DNA of 64,000 nucleotides from Neoechinorhynchus agilis (lineage: Eukaryota; Animalia; Acanthocephala): NCBI GenBank assembly GCA_051530055.1, contig CM121341.1, positions 5,744,784 to 5,808,783 of the forward strand. The letters run 5' to 3'. The position numbers and the translations under genes were made by a program. This document shows, piece after piece, positions 11,352 through 24,149 of the stretch; within the stretch, counting starts at the first letter, position 1, and every line of letters starts with the position of its first letter. The notes under the pieces are model-generated. The model saw only the letters and a list, made by a program, of their open reading frames with translations. It was not told where the DNA came from and did not search any database.

Positions 11352-13602
11352 ATGAGTTCCTATCATGTCCTTGGTGTCCGGGAAGGAGCGAGCCAGGAAG
11401 AGATAAAGAGCGCGTATGTTATTTCCAATTACGCTTCTTTTTATCCACTCGATCTTTATCAGTTTTCGAAAGCTTGCAAAGAAGTGGCATCCCGATAAAA
11501 ACCCATCGAACGCTGCAGAAGCTGAAAAAAAGTTCAAACATATTGTAAAAGCTTACGAACTTCTGACAAGTGTTGATGGAAGTGCTTTTCCTGAATTCTG
11601 GACAGATAAAGTTCACGAAGATGCAATGTCACAGGAGGACATGGAGAAGCTTATTAAAGATATTCTAAACGATCCACAGTTTACATTCACGGCGTCGTAC
11701 GAGGATTCTAGTCCTTCAGCCAATAATCAATCATCAGAAGGTGGTTCAATTAATGAGGACTGGGGTCAGGAGGCGGATGATGAACTTCTTGAATTTCTGA
11801 GTCAGTTTGATAGCTATGGCGGCGGCTACCGTGTCGAGTATATTGTTGATTCAAACGATACTCGAACTGAAGCTTATTTTAAGAACGCCACGGACACAAA
11901 GATTATTTATGCAAATGAAAACCAATCAAAGGGACCCAAACGAGGCAAAAGTATGAAGACGGGGTCTCGAACCGGAGCAAGGAAACCAAATGCGTATTCA
12001 TCGAATAGACGAAATACAGAGAAATTGTTCAGAAAAGAACCCACCTCGGAAAATCGAAGAAGTAGTGTGGATGGATTTGATCACTCTCGAGAAGGAATAT
12101 TCGTGAAGCGAGAACAATCACCCGTGGTTATTGGACGACGGTCTCCTCGGCCGTACTCTTTTGAGACAAAAGGAGAAAAAATGGCAAAGAGGGTTTTTTC
12201 AGCAGTTGTACTGAATAGTACAGAAGTTACGGATACCTCCTCACAAGCTGAATCGAAATCGAAAAAACCTACGCAAAATCGAAAGATTGAAACGAAATCG
12301 AAGGACGTGAAGACGACAAAAAGGACGATGTCTCGTACTAGGATTGTTACCGCAGACAATTCAGGTGGACTAGAGCGGATAAAATATCTTTTCAGAGATA
12401 TATCCAATAAGATTGGTGGTCATAAGAAGCAGAATTCTCACATCCCCGTGTTTGCCGAAGGAGGGAATCAAATCCGGAATGCTACTATAACTCAGACGAT
12501 TAAGCCAAAGACTCAATCATCGGTTCAAAAGACAAATCCCAAACCAGCCACTAAAAGTGGAAATGCATTAAAGGCAAAGGACGAAGTAAATAGATTAAAA
12601 TCTTCAAATATAAAAATTGATCACATGACGAAAGGGAAGATTGATGGACCAAAGCAATGCTCAAATGAGTCGAGAGCCGGAAATTCGAAGAATCACAAGT
12701 TGAATTTTCAAGCAAATCATCAAGCTTCAAATGTTTCAAAAACTAAAATGTCTCATTTGAAAGTGGACAGACCGAGCGTAAGTAAGAAAAATGTGAGTTT
12801 GGACAATGGTTCCTGGTCAAAAGTGTCGCCTACAAGAGTACTAGATAATCCGCAATCACCTAGTAAACAGAATGGATCGGTTGGGACTTCGGGAAGCTCT
12901 GCAATAGGTCGTGAATGTGATGGAAATAATGCCACCAAGATATGTACAGGTTTGCCTAGGCCAATTAGAGATAAAGTGCTACAGAGCAACTCGAATAAAT
13001 CGGATCGGAATATGTTTTTAGCAGCAAATAAAGGTGTAGCGCAAGCAAAAATCAATATAAAAAACGATGGATTATTTATTGAGCAAAGGCCAGTTAAAAT
13101 CGCAATGCAAAATGTGCCGAAACCTACTTATAATATGTCAAAATCTCAAAATGACGAATTGAAGGATCTCATTCGCTGGTATAATACTCTTTTCCCATAT
13201 GGATCCGTTCCACCGCATCCACCAATAAAGGCCACGGAGAATTTAACTCGTCCCCTAAGAAAGCATCAATCAGTTGGTTCATCGGCCCGTGTTCAATCCG
13301 ACCGACCGCTCATGGAACACGATGGGGTTAGCAATGGTACCAACTTCCAAACAAACCAACTGCAAAGAAACCGTGCACCAATAGTTGAATTTAACAATGA
13401 AGTCGTCTATTCTTTACCAATTCGTCACGAACCAATACTGCGATCCAACGGACGTACAGCACATCGTTTCAACGCCGAAAAAAATAACCAATTTCAAAGT
13501 AAGGTTAACAAAATGAGCAACGGACAGGTGAACGCGCATCCAACAATATTGTTTCCAACTCTTAATCCAACCACACATCCCCGCAGTATGCGAATCAAAT
13601 AG
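11352..13602 (+). CDS. DnaJ/Hsp40 J-domain protein with ~650-aa low-complexity basic tail
   Basis: [21 protein letters not shown]|[14 protein letters not shown]...[11 protein letters not shown] carries the HPD motif. A canonical 49-nt GT-AG intron (GTATGT...TTATCAG) joins the two frames. Confidence 0.9.
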
Positions 13603-13929
13603 CCTGTCTGTATATTTGAAATCAATATTTTTGTTTATGTTGCGTGTTTAAAAATTTCTTGATAATGCGTCCCTTCACAGAGAAGTAAATCTGGTAAGGC
13701 AGCAATCGAAATGAATGTTTTGCGAATCTACACTTTACTGATAGAGATCCAAAAAAAGGACATCCTATTTCCACCGAATCATTCCGTCCAATTTCCATTC
13801 TACCCGCCGCTCTTTCAAAAATCATCAAAAAATGTTTTAAATCTCGCCTTTCACCTCTCAACGGAAAGTTATCGCCCCTACAATTTTTCTCTTCCAACCC
13901 AGATTTTCCGCAACCGATGATCTACTTTG

Positions 13930-14880
13930 AATTTATGACACGCTGCTACGCAACCTCGACAATAATCCTTCCCGTTTCACGCGTCTCATTCAACTTGATT
14001 TATCGAAAGCATTCGACTATGTGGACCATTCAATCCTTCTCTGGGCCTGTTTCGATTTTGGTCTGAACTTGTGGCAGATCCGCTGGCTCTAATCTTATCT
14101 TCACAGTCGCAAACAATACATTCACTGCCGTTCTACCTCTTCTATCAGCCTATCCTTCACCAAAGGCGTACCTCAAGTACTGTGCTTTCATCACTTCTCT
14201 TTAATATTTTTCTAAACAGCCTCAAACCTCTCTCCTCTCACTCTAAACTCTTCTTATACGCCGATGATCTCATCGCCCAATCACCACCCCACCTCTCCCT
14301 TTCCTTAACCTCTAACGAAATCACACACATAAAAGATTTCTGCACCAATCACAAACTCCATCTCAATTTCTCTAAATGCTTCGAAATGATCCCTTCGCTC
14401 TTCTGCAACCCCACATCATCCCCAGAGCTTCTAAATTACATCCGAAGAATAACCTCATCTCCCTCAAGCACAACACTTTTAAAATTTATCTCCTCAAACG
14501 CCTCCGCGATTTTCGAGTCCCTTCACCAGATCTCTACAAATTTTACTTCTGCTTTATTTTACCCGTCCTCATCTACGGTTATCCCGTCTTTTGCAACCTT
14601 TCCAAATCTCAAATCCGTCGTCTTGAAATGTCTCATAAAAAACATTTAATGTTTCCATAATTGGCCCCTTTTCACATGAGCACAACATTCGTAATCCTAA
14701 TTCGTTTCATTCTCCCTCGCACCTTCCTATACCTAAGCTCCTTTTTCCATGCCGCCCAATCGTGAGGAAAGATCCAACCTTACAAGCGCTCCTGCCTACA
14801 ATAAACACCAATTCGCCCACCCGAAATGACATCCCTCGACTGGATATTCCCATCTTAACGGATACGCTTTTCTTTTTTGA
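13930..14880 (+). mobile_element. Degenerate non-LTR retrotransposon (LINE) reverse transcriptase fragment
   Basis: LDLSKAFDYVDHSILL, GVPQ, TVLSSLLFNIF and LYADD motifs, interrupted by an in-frame TAA and frameshifts. Confidence 0.88.
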
Positions 14881-15207
14881 ACAACTGTGAATTCGAATGC
14901 CTTTGAGGAAACAACAAACGAGTTATTATTACACTACTTTGATGAAAAAAATCTCAAGAAATAGTTGATCAGATCTTATTAACTACTTCTTGATTCATTT
15001 GGGCTGGAACTCTCAATGCGAAATGCAGCTTTATAACTTCCTGAGGAAGTTGCAAGAGGGCAAAAGCTCGGAAATAAAGATTTTCTTCAACGTTACAACA
15101 GTTCGCCGAAGTATCCATTTTCGACGACAAAACTTGAAGACTAGAACATCAATAATCCGGATGTATTTTGCTGTGAACTTCATGAACTAAGTGCGTTTTC
15201 TGAGCGT

Positions 15208-15328
15208 AAAATGATTAAATGTGGTTTCGCTTGAGGCCAAAAGTGCGAAATGCTCCCTAATAAAAGGTTGGGATATTAAATAAGTTTATTGTCAAGGATT
15301 TTAGTATCTACTTATTATTTTGTTAATT
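15208..15328. repeat. Dispersed repeat, second copy at 21304-21424
   Basis: AAAATGATTAAATGTGGTTTCGCTTGAGG...TTATTTTGTTAATT is near-identical at both sites, with patchy similarity continuing downstream. Confidence 0.85.
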
Positions 15329-16126
15329 GTAAACCATTTTCGTAAAAGGAAGCGCATCGTCTTGAGCATAGAAACCGAACATGAAATATTGAATCGAATT
15401 GAAAAAGGAGTCTTACAAACGTTTAAAATTAAACAATTTCCAACACTTCTTCAACATGCTAAGAACATCCTAGAAATCTCGTATTCGAATTATGTACGAT
15501 CCCAATTAATTCGGATAAACGACGTTTTACTGTAGCTTCATTCAGTCTTTGATGCATTGTTAGTATAGATTTGTATGGCAACCTATAAAAAGGCAACAAA
15601 ATGCGGTTTTCTATAATGATAAAAAGTAGCACAAAGTCACATATTCAAATCGGAGATAAGATATAACGGTGACTGATTTCGTCAGATTTCTTTAAACCAT
15701 CGATAATTGAATCGGGAATCACCAAAAAGCTCCAGATAAGATGACCAAAAGTTTGCGCAGACATTTTACACCATTTTAGGGAAACGACAGCTCAGTTTTT
15801 GAACTCAAAACAAAACATATCCACAGTGCAGTTCAACTTTCGGTAATAAGCATTGCGACTGGCGAACTATCCGGATCGACGCCATTGATTATTAAGGTTC
15901 CATTCGAATTCGCTGTTTTCAATAATTGGATAAAAAAATACAAAAAGGTGAATATCATCGCAATTGATCTTTGAACACTGAAAGCGTCTCAAATGCGAGC
16001 TTTTTTTGCAAAACCCCACTCAAACAAGATCTTACAGATAATCTTTATACTTGGACGATCTGTAATGTTTCTCGAAGATTGTTTAATAGAAAATTTAAAT
16101 AGAAATCGCTATAAGTTGTTTTCTGA

Positions 16127-16275
16127 CGTAGAAATTAAATGATGATTTTATTTTTAAAATCTCCGATATTTCGGTACAATCTTGTGATTTGATTAATTTA
16201 CAACCTTGATAGAGGCTCAAGATCGTGCCGAAATATCAGAGATTTTAAAAATAAAATCATCATTTAATTTCTACG
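16127..16275. mobile_element. Foldback/MITE-like palindrome, ~57-bp arms
   Basis: CGTAGAAATTAAATGATGATTTTATTTTTAAAATCTCCGATATTTCGG pairs with CCGAAATATCAGAGATTTTAAAAATAAAATCATCATTTAATTTCTACG. Confidence 0.8.
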
Positions 16276-16876
16276 CCACAAAACCTAATTCAATCTTTAA
16301 ATACAATTCGTTATATTACTGTCAAAGGAATAAAGTCTCTGATCAAAAATGTAAGGCATAGAGCATTTTTGACATGGCTCCAAATCTGTAAAACAACTAA
16401 ATTAACAACGATGCATCTAACATTTCATATGGACTCAAAGTTTTTCCTAATTAAAACATTTAGCCTCAACGGGAAAGCGTTTCTAATTTACTCTGGTCTC
16501 GTTGGGGTATTGATTTGTCCGAGCAAAATGCCCTATACCATTTTTCTGCTTTATTTCTAGCCTTTTGACATTTAACACTTCACCTAATCGATATTTTCGC
16601 ACTTTTTGCGTATCGTTAGAGAAAAAAGCCCGTTTATCCCGGAACAATGAAATTATAAGTCGTCCTCCCTTACCCATACCTTCACTTATCCGTCTAACTG
16701 ACTTTACAAAGGTGTTTTAAAAATTATTGCACAAAAAAAGCATCGTGGACCACGCAAAATATATATTCGTTATGAGTAAGAAAGTTAGCCCGATATCTTG
16801 TCTTTAAACTCGTGATCTTCTTGGCGAATAAATTGAGAAGTTTCGAAAGAGAATCGACAATACGAACTCTCTAAAC

Positions 16877-18755
16877 ATGTCTCTAGTTGCACTTCTACTC
16901 CTAGGTAAAAAGACTTGGGTTTCCATTTCATTTTTATCTGCCACATGAATAGAGCTTTCTGTTGTGCCATTCAGTGTCCATGCAGTTTTCTCATGTGTTG
17001 ATTACGGCCTAGCGAATATATCGATCGACAAAGCCACGGTTTGCGGTGAGTTATTTGATTAGCACTTGTTCCTATAATCGATACGCTAGGATGTCCACCC
17101 ACAATGATATACTGCGGACAAGGATCACAATTGATGTGTGCTGATCTAGCGATTGCTTGTGCAAATACAAATAACAGTAAGCATTTAAATTTGAATCATT
17201 TTAGAGATTTGTTCGTATAGTAGCGGCTGTGAACGGTATATGCGACAACCCCGATTTGATGCTGTTCAATTGTACCGGCACACTTACATGTGGACCGAAA
17301 GCTGAGATTTGTAAGTCCTTCAAAAACATCACTTATAAAATCTATATATTAGGTTGTCTCAATACTCAAATTATGTGCAACGGAGTTTGTATCCCAGGAT
17401 CAGATGGTCTATGCCCCACAACTCCTACAGACATTATTCTTTGTAAGTCCTCTAGACTACATCCATTCAATTGACATTTTATAGATTCCAAACCAAATCT
17501 TGCATCGTTTTCTATACCCTGCTCAAAAGAAATTGCATCTCCTGTTGTTAAGGAGCTTGTAAAGAAGGGTTCTGTACTATGAACAATGATTTTCTTCTTC
17601 TTTTTTTTGAAGAATCTACAATTTATTTTAAAATGATTAAATCGTCCCCCGGACGCTGACCGCATTTCCTCGTTGGATTGCGAAAAATTATAGTTCAACT
17701 GAAGTTTGGAGTACACCTTTAAAACCTTAACGCTCTTATCGCATTTTCACATATCTACGAACCAAATCCCTCTACAAATTCGCTGAGAGCGTTTATTCTT
17801 GGAAATCATCGAAAATCCTTTGGGGTGCGTTGAATTTTAGTTCTGGTGATCATAATAACCTCTCCCTGGATAAGTGCAAAAAACCTTTTAAACAAAGATT
17901 CTGATAAAATCCCGAATTCGGTGATCACCACAACTTCGGGGCGGGGGGGCTAAAAACTTATTTATTCTTATGTTCATGGCGCAGAACTTATAGAGCAATA
18001 TATAGCTAAAGCAAGCTGCGGAGGTGAGAAAAGTTTAATTTTAAACCGATAAAAAGAAGTAATGATAGCGGTTTACCAATGTAAAACTCCGGCTGGTACA
18101 GATGGAATAATCAACGGATCTAACCCAAACAGCTCTTGTCTTGATACTAAAAAACTGTGCACTGAATGCGATGCCGGCATTGAGGGCTGCGTCGGTCCCG
18201 CCGATTGCCCCGTGGAAAATTCTCTAGTCGGATGTAATAATGCAGAGGCTGGAATCAATAACTTTCAATGCGTGCCAGATTCCGTGTTAATCAGTCAGTA
18301 TTTAAATTTGGTAATGGAATTAATAGCTAAAAATTCATCCGGCTTAGCTGAAACAAAGTGTCCCGATGATACTGTGCCATGTGGAAAGGAATATGGAGAT
18401 CAATGTCTTGCGAAATCAGTCATTGAAGCTGCTTGCATTGAAGCAAATATAACAAGTAAGCTTCTAAACCCTATGTTGTTCCATCGTCAAAGTTAGACAA
18501 TACACAGCAACGACCGCAGGACCAGCATTAACAACGAACCCAAAACAAAATGAATATCGAGCCGCTGTGATAGTTTCAAGCGTTTTCATTGCCATCGCTG
18601 GACTTGTAGCACTGGCTGCTGCCTTGATTGGATCGATTCCGTTGTTGATGACGATGAGACAACCGGCAGTTGGATTCCGACCTGTACCAAGAATGAGATT
18701 CCGACCACCTCAACGAGTTGCACTAAGACCACGGATGCGATATTATTCGCGATGA
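16877..18755 (+). CDS. Cys-rich type I membrane protein (signal, ~7 phase-1 exons, Thr-rich stalk, TM, Arg/Pro-rich tail)
   Basis: Canonical GT-AG chain gives MSLVALLLLVFSCVDYGLA...VCGCPPTMIYCG...CNGVCIPG...TATTAGPALTT...VIVSSVFIAIAGLVALAAALIG. Confidence 0.75.
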
Positions 18756-18850
18756 ATCTAAAAATACATTATAAAAAATAAACCGGCATTTTAAAATTAA
18801 GCAGAAACACTTTTTTGTATGAGCTTGAAAATAGTCGTTAATGAAAAACG

Positions 18851-19426
18851 TTAGTTTTTTGAGCTCAGCGAATTTAGGGCGTTTTCCACTCTTAGAACAA
18901 ATTGGGGAAAATCTGGATCGCTCAGGCAGCTTGCAATACATTGGTCAATCAATTGATCGTGGTCGATTGTAAAACGAGTATATCGTTCATCCTCACTTTC
19001 CGTTTCCGAATATTCACTTCGAGTACAGACTGGCATGAAATCAGAGATGAATCGAACGAATTGTCTACAGACTTCACTTGAAGTGAGATGATTTTGAGGC
19101 AGAAATTTTGCTCTAATCTTGCGTGTCATAACTTTATTCCCTGAGCTATTGGTCGATCGTTGGACAATGAGGATACAGTCATCGTCAAATAAACAGCGCA
19201 GATATGGCTCGGAATTCCATAGATCAAATGTAGCCAGAATTTCGAAATCGTTCTTAACTAACGTTAAATGAAGTACGGGATTCAGTTTTAAGTGGATCAT
19301 CTGATTCTTTGTTGAATCGATCGTTTGCCAGTTTGAATTAGATGAGTTATCTGATTCATCAACTTCTATTGCCTTGGACATCTTTTCCAATTTCCAAGAT
19401 CGAACAAAGTTCAATGAGAATGCCAT
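18851..19426 (-). CDS. REC114: Meiotic recombination protein REC114-like
   Basis: C-terminal CLSDPDFPQFVLRVENALNSL matches the REC114 'CL.D..FP.FV..VE..L' motif. N-terminal NWQTIDS, CILIVQR and RKIRAKF blocks are compatible with its PH-like domain. Confidence 0.8.
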   Translation of the reverse strand: MAFSLNFVRSWKLEKMSKAIEVDESDNSSNSNWQTIDSTKNQMIHLKLNPVLHLTLVKNDFEILATFDLWNSEPYLRCLFDDDCILIVQRSTNSSGNKVMTRKIRAKFLPQNHLTSSEVCRQFVRFISDFMPVCTRSEYSETESEDERYTRFTIDHDQLIDQCIASCLSDPDFPQFVLRVENALNSLSSKN

Positions 19427-21459
19427 TTGATAATAACGACCGCAATCTACAATTTGTGTTTCTTTAATAGAGAAAAATCAGCCACGATTGATTAGACGAA
19501 TTTAGATTCTATTTTTGTCATCGATTATCGGATATCAGTGCCGTTTTATACGACTCCATCTAATTTTCTTAATATTGTGATAAAAAAATTAAAGAATCAA
19601 ATTTAGGCTAATGTTTGAGAAACACTCATCTTTAAAAAAATACTTAAAGGAACATTTAAATGATATCTTTGAGGATTACATTCGGTGAGCTGTCACCACC
19701 CCGAGAATTAAACATTAATTATTGAATTAAATATTTCAGAACCTGAGTTCCATCAGAACACCGAAGACCAAATTTTCAAATGATCGCAATATTATCGAAT
19801 TCGTGCGTTCGTTCAAAAGTCACAAATTGAACAATTGACGCCGTAAAAAACGGAGTTAAAAAGCAACTAAACCGTTGGATTTAGTGCTTAGTCCAACAAC
19901 AAATAAATATCGGATCGTAAAGGTCGACGCAAAACACGAACGGAGAGTGACGCTATTTATCCTGCTCTGCATTATGCCAACGCTATCGGCGCTTTCCTAC
20001 CAAACCAACTTAGACTCTTCACCCAAAAGTTCTAATCCTTTTTCACAATTGAGACCTTCTTCAATCAATTGAACGAATTTTACACATACAACTCTTCTCC
20101 TTTTTCTACCATCCTTTACTTCTGCTATTCGTCAAAAATTATCTTCGGAATCTTTAAAGGCAAACAAATTTTGTCTTCTCAACTCATCACCGAGCGAAGA
20201 CCTAAAAAAACAAATTTTGTACCTTTTTCTTTGTCTAAATATTAATTCCTCCAAGATTATTTTTGCTTTGTCGAAGGACGAAGTTCTTAAGATTTCTAAG
20301 AAAAACGGCGATCTTCGTGATTTGGATGCTCGAAAAATTGACTAGGCGCACGGGTTCTTAAGCAGAATTTTAATAAAGGAGAATAAAAGGAAACATCGAT
20401 TAGTTACGAAGACCTCAAGTGAGAATTCATCAAAGATTTGGTTTTTCTCAACTTATCACCGAGCGAAGGCTTAAGAAACAAATTTAATATCGAATTTTTC
20501 ATCTTTTTCGTCTAAATATTCCCATAAATTATGCTATTCAAATCATTTGATTATTCTCAAGGTTTCAGTTCCGGATTAATTTCCTATAAAGATTTAAATA
20601 AGGCTTAAAATAAGGTTCTCACTGAACTCGGTCAAAACCATTCCCATTGTTTTATTGAACTCATAAATTTGCTCACGTTTTCAAATTCTTTAAGAAGAAT
20701 GCTATCTAAACAAGGAAACTCTAAGAGTGCGTCTTTGTTTGGCAGACGCCTCGCAGTAGGAACATCCTCTTAGTAAAATATTTGCATTTTTGCCAGCAAA
20801 GCTCTGTCTTAGTTTGCACAAAAAACCCGTCTAATGGAACCGCACCCAAATTAAAAAATTATCGTTTTTGATTGGCTAATGTTGTCGTCCAACAAACGCC
20901 ATTAGACAAAATCGCCTGGGAATTACGAACTATTTAGGATTTCAAAGTGCCCTTTGTCACGTTCGGAACCATTTACTCTTATTTCTGAGAACTTCGAAAG
21001 CTACTGTTTTTCTCCATTGAGGCAATGTGACACTTAAAGTTTCCCATAAATCACTTTTTAAGAGGGTAAGTTTCCAACTTGACCAAAATGAAATGTACTT
21101 TTATTCTCCTTGTAATTTGGCTGATAAATTCTCTTCAAAACTAATCTCCTTTTGCATTCACAGAAGTATCAGAGCTTCCTATCGCCTTCAATCATAAAAC
21201 CACTGCTCAGTTAGCCACAACGTCTAATTTCTCGTGTTCATTTTTATTATATTTTGTTTGATTAAACAGTGGAACGTCGATTATCTGAACATCAATAATC
21301 CGGAAAATGATTAAATGTGGTTTCGCTTGAGGTCAAAAGTGCGAAATGCTCCCTAATAAAAGGTTGGGATATTAAATAAGTTTATTGTCAAGGATTTTAG
21401 TATCTACTTATTATTTTGTTAATTATGAACCATTCTCGTAGCATAGAAACCGAACTTGA

Positions 21460-22866
21460 AATATAATTTTGGTGAACATATTCCCGGTCATAACATAAAG
21501 CAATGACTGATGACAGCGAAATATTTCCCCTATAAATCAAAATCAAATAGGTTATGACCGGCGGATCATTTTCACCAAAATTATATATTTTAACAAACCA
21601 GAAGGATTTTCTCTGTCGATGAAAAACTTGGAATATTAAGTCGAATTGAAAAAGAAGGCCGTTCCAGCAACAATAACGCTAAAATTAATCAGTTCCACTT
21701 CCCCAATTTTGCTTTTTTTTACTCAATTACCCTCATGGTAAGAACACATCAAATTGATTTTCCGGCTGTCCGAAGAAAATCTCGTATCCGAATAATGTTC
21801 GGTTTCGATTAATTCGCACCTCGTTCTTGTGTACATTGCAAATTGGAGTTGAGAGCAATAACAAGAACGGCATTTAATTAAATAATCCCCGAAAATTTCT
21901 ACTTTATGCAATTTTACCTCATCTAAGGCAAAAGTAGAAACTTTATTTCTGATGTTAGGCTTCTTCTGATAAGCCAATGGTATCAGCATTGAGGATGTGA
22001 GGCACACTAAGAAGATCTCAGTTTTTAAGCTGACTTACACGCTTTAATCTACTTACAAAAGGGAATCTAGTGGTTGCATTGCTTCATTGGCACACAATCA
22101 ATTGATCTCAGTCGATACCATCTGTCACCGAATTGCTTGTAATGCCCGCCATCTTCCTTAAAGGATCAAATTTTAAATCCATTCTTTAAATTCTTTTTTT
22201 TCAGCTAGAAATCCCACACGCGCACATTATTTTGATCTCCGATTTTCGATGCTCTTATTATTCTTTGTATAATATGAGTTTTTCTCTCCAACAAATCAAT
22301 TATAGGATTTAAAGTACCGTTTCGAGTGTGAAACTATGCTATTGCGTCTCGTAATCCCTAAAAGTCAATACCCCATCCGTTAGCTTGCACAAGAAAATCC
22401 TTCGGGTAAGTCAAAGTATATAATTTTGGTGAAAATAATCCCTCGGTAATAACCTATTTGATTTATAAGAGAAGTTTCTCTCAACTGGAGACGGATCATT
22501 TGTGAGAGAGCCTGAAAACACAACTGGATTAATCCTCAATAGAGAAAGTCCTTCGGGTAAGTCAAAGTATATAATTTTGGTGAAAATAATCCCCCGGTCG
22601 TGACTTTTCGCAGAGGAGGTAACCTCGCCTCATCAGTCATCTAAAAATGGCTTTTTCACCTAAAAGTTTTAAGCTCGAATGCGCGGAGCGGATAATTAGT
22701 CCCCCAACTTCGAGTTTGGCAATCCCGCGCATTCGAGCTTAAAACTTTTAGGTGAAAAACCCATTTTTATATGACTGATGAGGCGAGGTTACCTCCTCTT
22801 TCGAAATATTTCCCCTATAAATCAAATATGTGATGACCGAGGGATTATTTTCACCAAAATTATATA
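21460..22866. mobile_element. Foldback element family: short copy 21460-21590, half copy 22415-22456, long copy 22566-22866
   Basis: Shared TIR TATATAATTTTGGTGAAAATAATCCC(C/T)CGGTC. The long copy has a second pair of ~75-bp arms (AGAGGAGGTAACCTCGCCTCATCAGTCAT...GCGCGG). Confidence 0.85.
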
Positions 22867-24149
22867 TTTTTTATTTCATGAGATAGAAATTAATTTATTG
22901 GTTTCATTTTTACACTATTTCGCTTATTTCTTCGGACTTCAGGTTATTTGTAAGTTTTATAATAAGCAAGTTTGATAAAAAAAATTGACTTAAAAGTCGA
23001 CTACGATGATGATATTCCTTATTGTACTTCTTTAAAAGTTAATCGCATGTTTCCACAAAGTGTCTGTAGTCGATAAAATCAAGTCGTAAGTTGACAAAAT
23101 CTACTTTGCAGCACTTTAGTAACCAGACTCGGAGCTCACAAAATAACGTTGTATTTATAGGTTGGCCGCAATTGCATTCGGTTAACTCTTAGACATAGAA
23201 ACCTGATCTACAATGGCGTAACTGTATAGATTCCTAATTGTCAGGGAGAAGATATCCCAAAGTCGACACCCTCACTAGTATTTTTTCTAAAAAGAAGATG
23301 ATTTGACTGTTATTTCTCGCGGATCTAGCCAAAAATCGGTGTCCGGAGGTAATCGACGTTGAGACTCTCGGCATCGTGGTCCTTTTACCACTTTCCAACC
23401 GATTATAACCCCTTTTTTTGCTTAGTGTGCCTTTAAATCATTGATAAGGTGTCGATACTGGAAGCCTCGCGTAGCCATAAAGGGCCACGTGGAGAATTAA
23501 TGTTCCTTGCCATTAAAGACTAGATGGCACGCCGAAGAACGCTTTAACTATACAAGCCAAGTAATAATAATTAATCCGGCGACAGAAAGTACTTTACCAT
23601 TAAGCGATTATAAGCTTAGCGTAGAATATTTGGAGTCTTAAGGATTGGGTTTCCCTTTTTCCAACGGAAAAATGTGGCGAACACAACAACAACAACCGTT
23701 GACGAAGATCTGCGGCTCGAATTTCCGCCATTGGCACAATGTAGAGCGACATCAAATAACGAGTTAGAACTTTCCCTAAGGCAGTGCCAACTACATTACA
23801 ACAAGTTAAAAGTGTGCTTATTCGTAGTTTAAAAACAGAATTGATATTCCGTTAAGAGCAGTGACCAGTCTGAAAAGACGGCGACTTTTCTCCCTTTCAC
23901 ACAAGATATTTCAAGTGAAACACAATTCTTGGATCGTTCTGGATCACTCAAACTGAATTCATTGTTTAGTGTTCAAAAGATGGAGTTTTGCAGGAGGAAT
24001 GCTCCTGCTCTCCAGGAACGACGCTAATGATTTCGACCCAGATCCGATTTTGCAGCAACGAATTTTGTTCTTTTTCACCCAATTAACGAGTTAATTTTCA
24101 AAAAACAGAGACGGAACATAGTTGCTCTTGAACTTTTAGACAAACAAGA

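Noticed and set aside
12081-13055. Antisense ORFs within the DnaJ gene (likewise within frataxin, Piezo and MFS genes)
   Set aside because: Shadow ORFs of coding sequence with no independent support.
22600-22810. Hammerhead-like CTGATGA...GAAA in the foldback element (also 21507-21525 and the 166-bp unit)
   Set aside because: No proper stem II closing pair or stems I/III; the core bases are sequestered in the palindrome.
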